DNA of 54,164 bases. It comes from a virus (lineage: Duplodnaviria > Caudoviricetes). Positions 1-7,822 of the stretch are shown one piece after another. Location of the stretch: positions 1-54,164 of IMG/VR virus record IMGVR_UViG_3300032954_000018. One strand, 5' to 3'. The notes under the pieces are model-generated. The model ran no database searches, was not told the DNA's origin, and saw nothing but the letters and a program-made list of their open reading frames with translations. The position numbers and the translations under genes were made by a program. Position 1 is the first letter of the stretch, and every line of letters starts with the position of its first letter.

Positions 1-6
1 TTTCTC

Positions 7-180
7 CTATTTAGAATGTACCCGTCCACAAACTGTGCAGCGATATCCACCCTGCTTGTTGTTTCCGTTACGAGCGTAGTTAGCTACCCTACGCCATGCC
101 CCGTGCAGTTCGTCCTGTGCCTTATGAATACAGTCACAACGAACAATTTCGGAACCTCCGGTTAATGTCTTTGTCTTCAT
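7..180 (-). CDS. Small Cys/His (zinc-binding-like) phage protein, 57 aa
   Basis: Hand translation MKTKTLTGGSEIVRCDCIHKAQDELHGAWRRVANY...YRCTVCGRVHSK; GAGG SD; below ORF-track cutoff. Confidence 0.7.
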   Translation of the reverse strand: MKTKTLTGGSEIVRCDCIHKAQDELHGAWRRVANYARNGNNKQGGYRCTVCGRVHSK

Positions 181-195
181 AAGTCCTCAAAAATT

Positions 196-263
196 TTCTG
201 AGAGAACAAGACGTGGGGAAAGGAAATAGTATAAAATAAACCCACACCATGCGCTACTCAGAA
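196..263 (-). ncRNA. Y RNA-like unit C (no tRNA cargo)
   Basis: Minus strand TTCTGAG-TAGCG...GTTCT-CTCAGAA closing stem; inner GTGGG/CCCAC stem; same scaffold as the other units. Confidence 0.6.
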
Positions 264-271
264 GGATTGAA

Positions 272-353
272 TTAGGGGAACTAGCGGAACGGAGACTGCC
301 CCGAGGGGCGGTTTTCACATTGAAAGAAGTATCCGTTTCCTATCGCCACCTAA
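272..353 (-). ncRNA. Y RNA-like unit B
   Basis: TTAGG-TGGCGA-TAGGAAACGG-ATACTTC...CCGTTCC-GCTA-GTTCC-CCTAA. Confidence 0.7.
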
Positions 354-364
354 ACTTTATTGAA

Positions 365-432
365 TATCGAGGAATAAGCGGAACAGTTTGTTTTCTTTTT
401 CATAGAAGTAACTGCTTCCTTCGCCATCGATA
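365..432 (-). ncRNA. Y RNA-like unit A
   Basis: TATCGA-TGGCGAAG-GAAGCAG-TTACTTC...CTGTTCC-GC-TT-ATTCC-TCGATA; contains GNCGAAG motif; begins at the predicted TSS. Confidence 0.72.
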
Positions 433-437
433 AATAC

Positions 438-466
438 ATTGTCTCACAAATTAATTAATTTGTCAA
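438..466 (-). promoter_or_regulatory. sigma70-type promoter driving the left Y RNA-like array
   Basis: TTGACA-17 nt-GACAAT; predicted +1 about 432. Confidence 0.7.
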
Positions 467-836
467 GGGGATTATCTTGCTTAAATAACCCCTCAGGAGG
501 ATTCTCAAGAACATCAGCTATCTGCTCAAAGGTATAGTCTTGTTGGTCATTGAGGTACGCAAGAGATTCGCTAACAACTCCCCATTTACCTGAGTGATTG
601 CGTAGCCCAACCCATTCCCTGACGCTTTCTGGAAGACTAACGAAACTATCCTCAAAAAACGCTTCAGAGGTTTCGGTGGGAGCTTTGTATTTGGTTATGA
701 TCCCTTCTTCAAGAGCCAGAGCACACAACACGCCTAAGCAGCAATACCCCTTCGTGGTTTGTAGACGCCACTTTGCTTGTTTATACTTCCCGCATCTTAA
801 AGCTGAGATCCATTTTTCCAATGTCGTACACTCCAT
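444..836 (-). CDS. CCLGV-family hypothetical protein, paralog 1
   Basis: W..ALR.G.YKQ, CCLGVL, W.GL, LND, F.QIAD motifs; GGAGG SD before ATG 836. Confidence 0.85.
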   Translation of the reverse strand: MECTTLEKWISALRCGKYKQAKWRLQTTKGYCCLGVLCALALEEGIITKYKAPTETSEAFFEDSFVSLPESVREWVGLRNHSGKWGVVSESLAYLNDQQDYTFEQIADVLENPPEGLFKQDNPLDKLINL

Positions 837-978
837 TGTTTCCTCCATGTTTTTTCATTACATGATTACTTAATTTCATAAGTGCCTTACTTGCAGTTTT
901 GCTACGGTACTTCTTATCGCAAAACGCGCATAATGCCTCAAATCGAATTTCCTCATTCCAGAGAGGTAGGCCTTTCAT
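781..978 (-). CDS. Small C2H2 zinc-finger-like protein
   Basis: CAFC...HVMKKH spacing. Confidence 0.55.
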   Translation of the reverse strand: MKGLPLWNEEIRFEALCAFCDKKYRSKTASKALMKLSNHVMKKHGGNNGVYDIGKMDLSFKMREV

Positions 979-1169
979 ACTAGCTCACTCAATCTATCTA
1001 CGGCGTTTTCTAAACTAAAAAGAGCTTCCTCCGCAGAATCGCCCAACCCTTTTATTTCCGCTTCAAGATCACGCAACTCGTCTCTAAGTTCCGCAAGCGC
1101 AACTTGCTTTTTCTTGATTAGATTTTGAATCTTTCTGATTTGCGTTTTGGCTATCACGCTCCCTCCCAA
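975..1169 (-). CDS. Small coiled-coil hypothetical protein (start uncertain)
   Basis: Heptad pattern; tight packing with neighbours. Confidence 0.6.
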   Translation of the reverse strand: MGGSVIAKTQIRKIQNLIKKKQVALAELRDELRDLEAEIKGLGDSAEEALFSLENAVDRLSELV

Positions 1170-2233
1170 TAGAGAACCTCAGTATCAGGCAACACGTTAC
1201 GGTTAGTACTGGTGCTCTGGACGAACACATCGTAATCGCCATGGTTTCCGGGGTAGACTTTTACTTCTCCCCCTGCCGGGATGCCCAACAGTTTACGAGC
1301 GTTGTCACCCTCAAAGACCTTACCGCTGAACTTGTGGCGAATGCAGATACGCTTATGCCCTTGGATTTTCTCAGGTTTGGTAAGCTGGTAGAACGCAGCA
1401 CCCATCTTCATCTCTTTGTTCTTGCCAAGCTTCGATTCCACAAATGGACGAATCTGCTCTTTGTCTTTCACCTTAAAGACACGGTATCCTTTAATCTCAT
1501 CAAGAGTCTTCGCCACGTCCGCAACCTTCACGTTGTGAAGATCGGAATAGAAGCGAGTTGAACCACGCACACCTTTCGCCCGAGCCGCATAATAATTCTG
1601 CGTCGCGCCCATCGTAGCAACAGTACTACGCTCAAGATCGCGCTCCGTCTGCTCCCACTCAAAGACGTTCCCCTCAGGAATGCCCAAGTTCCTAACCAGA
1701 GTGTACTTAAACCCACGCGGAACGCGCAACGCAAACGTCCAACGATCCGTGCTCTGAAGTTCCTTGATCTTTTTACCGAGCCTCGTTGCATCCCAATTCT
1801 TACTAGAATTTTCTATACCATCCGTTACAGCCAGCACCAAGAAAGAAACATCCTCGTTTTTCGCATCCGGAACTTTCTCAAGGCTCTCAATCAATTCTCC
1901 GAGCGAATCGAAAAGAGGAGTGGAACTACCGTTTGCGGCATAGCTCGTTAATTGCTTCAAACTATTGACGGACGAGTTTTGCACTACGAACCTATATGTA
2001 GCCTGACTACCGTAGTATGAGTACCCTCCCCCGCCTACCTTAGCTGCGTAACTAGTATGGGGCATAGGCATATCTACACCGCATTCAATCACGCTAACAA
2101 TGGTGTCAATATCGCTGTCATGAGCACCCTGTTTAATACCCTCGATGTTCTGGTTATAGTCTTTCATAGCCGCAGTACGCAACGTGGCCATGCTTCCTGA
2201 ATGATCTCGTGAAATTCCAATGTATTGTTTCAT
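1154..2233 (-). CDS. vWA (MIDAS) domain protein with C-terminal extension
   Basis: DHSGS (DxSxS), TPLFD, VTDG.EN motifs; AGGAG SD. Confidence 0.88.
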   Translation of the reverse strand: MKQYIGISRDHSGSMATLRTAAMKDYNQNIEGIKQGAHDSDIDTIVSVIECGVDMPMPHTSYAAKVGGGGYSYYGSQATYRFVVQNSSVNSLKQLTSYAANGSSTPLFDSLGELIESLEKVPDAKNEDVSFLVLAVTDGIENSSKNWDATRLGKKIKELQSTDRWTFALRVPRGFKYTLVRNLGIPEGNVFEWEQTERDLERSTVATMGATQNYYAARAKGVRGSTRFYSDLHNVKVADVAKTLDEIKGYRVFKVKDKEQIRPFVESKLGKNKEMKMGAAFYQLTKPEKIQGHKRICIRHKFSGKVFEGDNARKLLGIPAGGEVKVYPGNHGDYDVFVQSTSTNRNVLPDTEVLYWEGA

Positions 2234-2239
2234 AATCTC

Positions 2240-2452
2240 CTAGTTTGCTCCATATTCTGATTCTTCCGGATAGTGGAAATTTTCGTTAAGCTCCGCTACT
2301 TGTGCAGCTAACTCCCCCAGATTCCAAGCTATCAAAGCTAAAAGTCCGTGAAATCTTTTCTCCGCTTCTGGATGCTGTCGAACATTCTCAAGGTTCATTT
2401 CGTTGATAGCTCTGATAAAATCTGGGTCAGGTCTCATGGAAGTAGCTTCCAA
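2240..2452 (-). CDS. Hypothetical protein
   Basis: ORF in operon-like packing. Confidence 0.55.
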   Translation of the reverse strand: MEATSMRPDPDFIRAINEMNLENVRQHPEAEKRFHGLLALIAWNLGELAAQVAELNENFHYPEESEYGAN

Positions 2453-2631
2453 TCTTCCAAGAGACTACCGTCCAATCCCTCTTCTACTTGTTTGGTTGTT
2501 TTATATTTCATTGCCAACAGAGTTGCCATTGCTTTGCCAACTTCTGTATTTTCAAAGGGATAGAATAACTTACCGTCGCTAAAACCCCAAGACGTTGCGT
2601 TTGTTTTTATATTTAATCTAAGTTCTACCAT
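2434..2631 (-). CDS. Hypothetical protein
   Basis: First ORF after promoter 2668-2696. Confidence 0.6.
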   Translation of the reverse strand: MVELRLNIKTNATSWGFSDGKLFYPFENTEVGKAMATLLAMKYKTTKQVEEGLDGSLLEDWKLLP

Positions 2632-2658
2632 GTTTTTCTCAATTTGAGAAATTTAAGC
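2632..2658. repeat. 27-bp palindromic operator-like site (copy 1)
   Basis: GTTTTTCTCAATTTGAGAAATTTAAGC; exact reverse complement at 24949-24975; near copy at 23277-23297. Confidence 0.8.
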
Positions 2659-2667
2659 AACAAACCC

Positions 2668-2696
2668 ATATTACCACAAATAATTAGCTTAGTCAA
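2668..2696 (-). promoter_or_regulatory. sigma70-type promoter
   Basis: TTGACT-17-TAATAT with TG extension. Confidence 0.65.
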
Positions 2697-3007
2697 GTAG
2701 CATGGCAGGGGCAGGTACACTTCCTAGAGAAGCAGCGAGAGTGGTGATTGCGGGTCTCTGTGCAGGGGAGGCTTCGCCAGTTAGGGGGGTGGCCCTTGGG
2801 TACCTTCCGGGGCTTCCGAGGGCAGGGCGGGGCCTCTACGCGCCGGGAAATGGCATCCTGTGCCTTGGTTAAATCCCCCAAATGCCAGCGTTCTTTGTGG
2901 GCTATGTAGAATCCCATACCCAAATAAGACACACAACGCTGACCAACTTTGGCGGCACACACAGGACAATCGACTTTAATAGCAGAATAATTTTTCCATG
3001 GTTTCAT
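2693..3007 (-). CDS. Cys-rich zinc-finger-like hypothetical protein
   Basis: CPVC.A..GQRC...H.ER and C-terminal CFSRKCTCPCH. Confidence 0.7.
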   Translation of the reverse strand: MKPWKNYSAIKVDCPVCAAKVGQRCVSYLGMGFYIAHKERWHLGDLTKAQDAISRRVEAPPCPRKPRKVPKGHPPNWRSLPCTETRNHHSRCFSRKCTCPCHAT

Positions 3008-3014
3008 TTATGTA

Positions 3015-3043
3015 TTGACTTTCTAATAAATATATGGTACTAT
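3015..3043 (+). promoter_or_regulatory. sigma70-type promoter (rightward)
   Basis: TTGACT-17-TACTAT with TG extension. Confidence 0.65.
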
Positions 3044-3124
3044 AAAAGCATAAGCAAGAATATAAGGAGCTAACGGTCTTAAGGGAACCTTCGCTATTCG
3101 CTCAGGTCCAACTACGAGCTTCTT

Positions 3125-3153
3125 ATAATACGTATTATTCTATACTTTGTCAA
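3125..3153 (-). promoter_or_regulatory. sigma70-type promoter (leftward, convergent with 3015)
   Basis: TTGACA-17-TATTAT. Confidence 0.65.
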
Positions 3154-3306
3154 CCCCCTAATACATAGATAAAAACGCAGCAAGGGAGATTCACTCACAG
3201 AAGTTAGAGGCTTACCGAGGCTTCCGAGGTAAACGACGATATCGCCGGGAGAGAGCGATAGCGAACGACCTAACAGATTATAGGAAGAGAGTATGAGAGA
3301 GGGGAA

Positions 3307-3621
3307 ATGCCAGAAAACGAAACACAAGAAAAACCTGATTGGAAAGAAAAGATCGGGGAAAAGGACCCTGCCAAGCGCAAGAAGCGTACCGGCAAGCCGG
3401 GGCAGAGTTTTCCCAACAGGCTATTACAGGCCTTAGCAGAAATTTTTGAGGGGGAAGATGCCAGCACTCCGGAGAAGCTTCAGGCCATGGAACTGTCGAT
3501 CAAAGTTCTACCTATGCGCAAGACTCCTAAGCGCAAAACCGACAAGGAAAAATTGGTAGAGCAAGCCATGAAGAAATCGATAGAAACTAAAGAAAAGAAA
3601 GAAGATAGCAGCAGTGAATGA
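3307..3621 (+). CDS. Basic hypothetical protein in plus-strand island
   Basis: GAGG SD; Lys/Glu-rich 104 aa. Confidence 0.75.
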   Translation: MPENETQEKPDWKEKIGEKDPAKRKKRTGKPGQSFPNRLLQALAEIFEGEDASTPEKLQAMELSIKVLPMRKTPKRKTDKEKLVEQAMKKSIETKEKKEDSSSE

Positions 3622-3769
3622 AATAGAAAAAATAGAATACCGCATCTTAGAACTTCAGACCAAAATGATTACACTTCCAGAGGCACAAAAGGAGTATGCC
3701 AAAGGATATCTCGATGCTCTCCAAGACACAATCAGATTGTTAAAGCGGGATTCAGGCACAAAGAACTAG
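3614..3769 (+). CDS. Small hypothetical protein, 51 aa
   Basis: Hand translation MNEIEKIEYRILELQ...YAKGYLDAL; overlaps previous stop; followed by hairpin. Confidence 0.6.
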   Translation: MNEIEKIEYRILELQTKMITLPEAQKEYAKGYLDALQDTIRLLKRDSGTKN

Positions 3770-3797
3770 CCCCCAGCTTCTCACCGGGGGCATAGTT
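3764..3797. terminator. Hairpin between convergent genes
   Basis: GCCCCC...GGGGGC stem with AACTA/TAGTT extension. Confidence 0.55.
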
Positions 3798-3814
3798 GCT
3801 TCAGCGGCACGGGT

Positions 3815-4819
3815 TTAGGCTACTACTGCGATGTTTTGTGCTTCGCCTGTAAGCACAGTCGGTAGGTCCTTGTGATCCTCAGCCCAGTTCTTGAGTTGAG
3901 TATCCTGTGATACCTTGAGATGGTAACACATTACCGCGATCTGTTCGGCGTATTCAAGAGCGACCAGTTTGTCACCATGTACCTTGAACTTGCCATTCAG
4001 AGCTAGGGTCTCGTAGGACAGAGCAGAAGCGATCTCTGCCATCTTCTTGAACTTCTCAAGCAGCTTCGCAGGAGTGTTCTCAGAGATAGGAGTCCGGGTT
4101 TTCCCAGTCACTTCAGCCTTGGCTTGCTTGACCGCCTCTACCTGAAGGGTCTTGTTCCCTGTTTTGGGATTAGTCTTCTTCGAGTAGTTCTCTGCAATCT
4201 TCGCCACCTTCTCCTGAGTCAAGCGGGAAGGAATGCTGGCAAGCTGTTGTGCGGCAGACGTAGGAAGATCACCCGTCTGAAGCTTTTCCTTAAGGTCCTC
4301 GGAAAGTTCAAGAAGCTGCAAGGTATCTTCCACCTTCTTTACAGCCTTCTTGATATCTTCTCCCTTGATACCGGGAAAATACTTTTTCGCAATCTGCTCC
4401 ACACTCAGATTGAACCGGGTCTGATAGACGTGCATATTGTATGCATCGTCCATAGGCGTAGGTTCCATACGGTTGCGGTTTTCGCGGATTGTGTAGTCGA
4501 AAGCCTCTTCCTCAGTCTTCGACTCGTTGTAGATAAATTCAAGCTGAAGACGGTTCTCTTCCCGCTTGCCTTTGTTGATGGTTGCTATGGCACGATACCT
4601 ACGGTGACCAGCAAGAAGCACAGGGAAACCGTGCTCGTTCTTCCAGCAGATAGCTGGCTGAAGTTGACCATTAACCGCGATATCTGCGGCAAGTTCCGTA
4701 ACATCAGTTGCCTCACTACGACCACTGATTTCTGGAAGAGTGATAATTTTCTCCGGAGGAGCCGCATACCCATGACGAGTACGGACTACGCCAGATTCAG
4801 GATGCCATTGAACGGCCAT
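3815..4819 (-). CDS. ParB/Srx N-terminal domain protein
   Basis: LAADIAVNGQLQP, LLAGHRRYRA, IREN.NR motifs followed by an HTH-like region. Confidence 0.85.
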   Translation of the reverse strand: MAVQWHPESGVVRTRHGYAAPPEKIITLPEISGRSEATDVTELAADIAVNGQLQPAICWKNEHGFPVLLAGHRRYRAIATINKGKREENRLQLEFIYNESKTEEEAFDYTIRENRNRMEPTPMDDAYNMHVYQTRFNLSVEQIAKKYFPGIKGEDIKKAVKKVEDTLQLLELSEDLKEKLQTGDLPTSAAQQLASIPSRLTQEKVAKIAENYSKKTNPKTGNKTLQVEAVKQAKAEVTGKTRTPISENTPAKLLEKFKKMAEIASALSYETLALNGKFKVHGDKLVALEYAEQIAVMCYHLKVSQDTQLKNWAEDHKDLPTVLTGEAQNIAVVA

Positions 4820-4853
4820 TCATTTCTCCTTTGCGGCTTTTGCCGACAGTTCA

Positions 4854-4882
4854 AATGTATCGCACCAAAAAATTTTTGTCAA
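4854..4882 (-). promoter_or_regulatory. sigma70-type promoter
   Basis: TTGACA-17-TACATT; A/T tract in spacer. Confidence 0.65.
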
Positions 4883-5277
4883 GCCCCCTCGGAAATTGTT
4901 GATTCCACAGAGGTTGCTGGTGGGTCACAAAAAAGCCGATCTGGTGGATTTTCGATCACGTCAGCTATATACTCAAACGTGTGCCCACCATCGTTCAAAG
5001 AAGAAAGACAGTTGATGCTGACACCACCGTACTGTCCATTTCTCGCACAGAGTCCTGCCCATTCTTGAACTTTTCTTGACAGAACTTTTCCGTTATCGGT
5101 ATCGCCCTCGTAGAATTCCGATATAACCCCCTCTTTTAAAGCAATATCGGTCAATACTCCGAGGCAGCAATAGTGTTTGATATTGTCATATATGCGGCAC
5201 AGTTTGCCGTAAGCTTGTTTGTAGTTTCCACTCCTAAGAGCATCCGCCCATATCTTGCGTACTTCTTGCGGTGTCAT
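4879..5277 (-). CDS. CCLGV-family hypothetical protein, paralog 2
   Basis: WADALRSGNYKQ...YCCLGVL...LND...FEYIAD. Confidence 0.85.
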   Translation of the reverse strand: MTPQEVRKIWADALRSGNYKQAYGKLCRIYDNIKHYCCLGVLTDIALKEGVISEFYEGDTDNGKVLSRKVQEWAGLCARNGQYGGVSINCLSSLNDGGHTFEYIADVIENPPDRLFCDPPATSVESTISEGA

Positions 5278-5678
5278 TTATCCTCCTCGAATAATCCCTC
5301 GGGTTCTGATTCAATGATATCAGCAATCTGCTGGAAGTCAAACTTGTAAGAATCGTTTTTGAATACTAAAGACGTGAAACCGTTCTTTTTATTCTTAAAC
5401 GATCCTACCTCATCTGTGAGTCCCGCCCACTTTTGAATACGCAAAGGAAGTGTATGTGCTTCTCCTTCGTACTTATACCTATAACCACTACCCACCTTAT
5501 TAGGTTCCGGAATTACCTTAGCTTTGACAGCCAGTTCGCACAATACTCCAAGGCAGCAAAACCTATCTTCGCCAGATATTTCTTTCCTCAGATATCTTCT
5601 GCCTTGCTTATACTTCCCACTTCTTAGTGCCCGCACCCATTGCCTGCGTATTTTTTGTTTCTCAGTTAGCACAGTCAT
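5274..5678 (-). CDS. CCLGV-family hypothetical protein, paralog 3
   Basis: WVRALRSGKYKQ...FCCLGVL...FQQIAD; AGGAG SD before ATG 5678. Confidence 0.85.
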   Translation of the reverse strand: MTVLTEKQKIRRQWVRALRSGKYKQGRRYLRKEISGEDRFCCLGVLCELAVKAKVIPEPNKVGSGYRYKYEGEAHTLPLRIQKWAGLTDEVGSFKNKKNGFTSLVFKNDSYKFDFQQIADIIESEPEGLFEEDK

Positions 5679-5860
5679 CTCCTTCCAACATGGTACTTCT
5701 GACAATACTCGCAAAGGTAAGCATATAGCTCATTCCCCTTCGCCTTTCCCCTGTAGATCATATTGAATACTACGTTATCTGCTTTTCTTTTGCTGTAAGG
5801 TTCTTTCCGCCAGCACTTTCTCCACTTTCTGGAAATCTCCTGCTTCTCCTCCTTGTTCAT
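5675..5860 (-). CDS. Small Cys/His zinc-ribbon-like protein
   Basis: C..K..Y...YLCEYCQKYH; AGGAG SD. Confidence 0.65.
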   Translation of the reverse strand: MNKEEKQEISRKWRKCWRKEPYSKRKADNVVFNMIYRGKAKGNELYAYLCEYCQKYHVGRR

Positions 5861-6007
5861 TTTGCTCCTGTTCTCGTCTACGTATAGCGGCAAAGTACCC
5901 AAATGGATAAGTCTGCCTACAGTTCGGGCAGGACCAATTGGACATACCTTCCACAAGATAAGCCCCACAGCAAGGACTATCCATGTCCCATAAATCTCCC
6001 TTTTTTG

Positions 6008-6080
6008 TGGGCCTGCTAGGATTTGAACCTAGAACCAAAGCATTATGAGTGCTTCGCTCTAACCGTTGAGCTACAGGCCC
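6008..6080 (-). tRNA. tRNA-CAT, Ile2 (lysidine)-like
   Basis: GGGCCTG-TA-GCTC AACGGTTA GAGC-G-AAGCA CTCATAA TGCTT-TGGTT-CTAGG TTCAAAT CCTAG-CAGGCCC-A; CCA not encoded. Confidence 0.9.
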
Positions 6081-6086
6081 GATTGA

Positions 6087-6590
6087 TTATAGGTACTGAA
6101 CCTCGGTCAGGGTGTTTCGCTTCTCCCTATCCACCTTACGACGATTGTGGTTACGGATTGCGTCTATCTGGTGCTTAAGCAGACCATGGGCTTTACCGAC
6201 ACCTTTGATATACCGATAGTCGGAAATTGTCGTGCCGTTGATCTGTATTTCTTCACCCCACTGTCCACCCAGTTTATTCTTTTCCTTGTTGGGTTCAAAG
6301 CCCAACCTCTTATCCTTCAGAGCAGCACTCTTGAGGATTTTTGTGTGGACAAATAGTACCCAGCTTCGAGGCTTGTTGTTTCTGGTTTTCTCCTCCACCA
6401 GAATAAAGGGAGTCCCCTGAGGGGCTTCACGGACGATGCGGATATAATCCACATCATCGCTGCCTGAAACAAAGCGATATTGCTTCTCAGTGTCTTTTTT
6501 CGGCATTGCGTACTTTCCTCTTACACCTTTACTCCAATCCCTGACTTCAGGAATGGATAAATCACAATCAGGTTGACCACAGCCACACAT
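6087..6590 (-). CDS. Hypothetical protein with N-terminal BrnA-antitoxin-like peptide
   Basis: DLSIPEVRDWSKGVRGKYA at N-terminus; alternative start at MPKK. Confidence 0.7.
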   Translation of the reverse strand: MCGCGQPDCDLSIPEVRDWSKGVRGKYAMPKKDTEKQYRFVSGSDDVDYIRIVREAPQGTPFILVEEKTRNNKPRSWVLFVHTKILKSAALKDKRLGFEPNKEKNKLGGQWGEEIQINGTTISDYRYIKGVGKAHGLLKHQIDAIRNHNRRKVDREKRNTLTEVQYL

Positions 6591-6628
6591 AGGGTTACCA
6601 CCTACGGGTTAATTTTTCTGGGATCATA

Positions 6629-6886
6629 CTAATTAACGTCACAAACATTCCCTTCTGGTTGATATGTTGTTGATCCAGATAATTCCCACGGATCAGTACA
6701 CCCGAAAGGACAGCCATATTGGGCAGCTAACGATTTCCCCACTTGCTCTGCTTCCTCTCTGGTATGGGTTTTGTTTGATCTGCTCCATAACACAACAGAA
6801 CCTTCGTCATCCACCTTTCCTAAGACGAAAAGATTTCCTGCGTGTAGATGAGCACAAATGAACCGAAACTGCATGTCGGTGTCCAT
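6629..6886 (-). CDS. Hypothetical protein
   Basis: First ORF after promoter 6896-6924. Confidence 0.65.
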   Translation of the reverse strand: MDTDMQFRFICAHLHAGNLFVLGKVDDEGSVVLWSRSNKTHTREEAEQVGKSLAAQYGCPFGCTDPWELSGSTTYQPEGNVCDVN

Positions 6887-6895
6887 CTTAACTCC

Positions 6896-6924
6896 ATCAT
6901 ATCACAGCGGTTAGTGGTTGTCAA
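6896..6924 (-). promoter_or_regulatory. sigma70-type promoter
   Basis: TTGACA-17-TATGAT with TG extension. Confidence 0.75.
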
Positions 6925-6945
6925 GTTCTGAGCGGAAAAATTTTT

Positions 6946-7167
6946 TCAGACGAGATTCGCCTTACGGCACTCGCAGGTACAGAAGTGGGAAAAGCACTGT
7001 CCATGCTTAGGCGGATTTTGTCTACATCCCCAACATTTAAATGTATCAGTGTGTAGCTTAGTTTTACGTGGAGCTAAATAAAGGCCCTTCGGACCCTGAG
7101 AACCAAGCTGAGGGTCCGAAGCTTTTCTGCCTTTTCTACTTCGTAAATACTTAGGTGCGCTAAACAT
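6946..7167 (-). CDS. Small Cys-rich protein
   Basis: CWGC...HGQCFSHFCTCEC, a tail similar to that of 2693-3007. Confidence 0.65.
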   Translation of the reverse strand: MFSAPKYLRSRKGRKASDPQLGSQGPKGLYLAPRKTKLHTDTFKCWGCRQNPPKHGQCFSHFCTCECRKANLV

Positions 7168-7168
7168 C

Positions 7169-7354
7169 TTAACCCCCTACATCTCCTTCCGCAAGGTCTA
7201 TAACCGGAGCCTCTTCGAGAGGAGAGTCCCTAAGAAAAGTAGTAGGCAATACAACCTCCGGGGTTCCCCCCGGATTTTGTATGCAGTGAAAATCAGCAGT
7301 GTGAAGACTGTAGCGGTGGCCACAGTTCAAACATAGAGGATCAAACCCAATCAT
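7169..7354 (-). CDS. Small Cys/His protein
   Basis: CLNCGHRYSLH; ATGA overlap with upstream gene. Confidence 0.6.
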   Translation of the reverse strand: MIGFDPLCLNCGHRYSLHTADFHCIQNPGGTPEVVLPTTFLRDSPLEEAPVIDLAEGDVGG

Positions 7355-7821
7355 ATTCCATGCTCGATAAAGTGAATGATTCTCTTTGCCGCATCTTTGG
7401 GGTCTCTCGTGTTGTACTGCGCAGGCCATTGGCCGGGGAGAAATAGCAAATTGGCCTCATCGGTCTCCAGACCAAGAGTCTTCTCCGCTACTTCAGAAAC
7501 ATGGCCTAAAACCTTCTTAGACCGTGCGGACTTGTAAACATTTTGCTTCGGGTCAACACAGTACCCTATTCGCATGATCTGCCAACCCGCGAGACAACAA
7601 GCAGTCCCACAGAATTCTCCTTTCTCCTCCTTCTTCATTTCGGTTTCGCAAATTCTACCTTGTGGTTCTTCACCATACCACTTATCGCTTTGGAACCAGT
7701 TACTCATGTTGAACTGGAAACCAGATACCTTCTCCATGAACTTTGCCAGTTTCCTGAGTTCGGAGATTGTCTTTTTGCTAAGGCCCAGAGGATTGCTCTG
7801 CTTGTTCGGTTTCTGCTTCAT
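7351..7821 (-). CDS. CGTACCLAGW-family hypothetical protein, paralog 1
   Basis: FNMSNW...CGTACCLAGW...LGL...EA..LF; AGGAG SD before ATG 7821. Confidence 0.85.
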   Translation of the reverse strand: MKQKPNKQSNPLGLSKKTISELRKLAKFMEKVSGFQFNMSNWFQSDKWYGEEPQGRICETEMKKEEKGEFCGTACCLAGWQIMRIGYCVDPKQNVYKSARSKKVLGHVSEVAEKTLGLETDEANLLFLPGQWPAQYNTRDPKDAAKRIIHFIEHGI

Positions 7822-7822
7822 G

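Noticed and set aside
1154-2233. Ro60/TROVE protein
   Set aside because: vWA is N-terminal and there is no large helical TROVE region; too short
3084-3106. REP-like element CCTTCGCTATTCGCTCAGG
   Set aside because: Single partial copy with no partner repeat or transposase
3307-3621. Terminase small subunit
   Set aside because: Size and charge fit, but there is no recognisable motif and it lies 30 kb from terL
4124-5068. Long antisense ORFs (e.g. 4124-5068 +, 43831-44604 -, 12757-13290 +)
   Set aside because: Shadows of well-supported genes on the opposite strand; no SD or motifs
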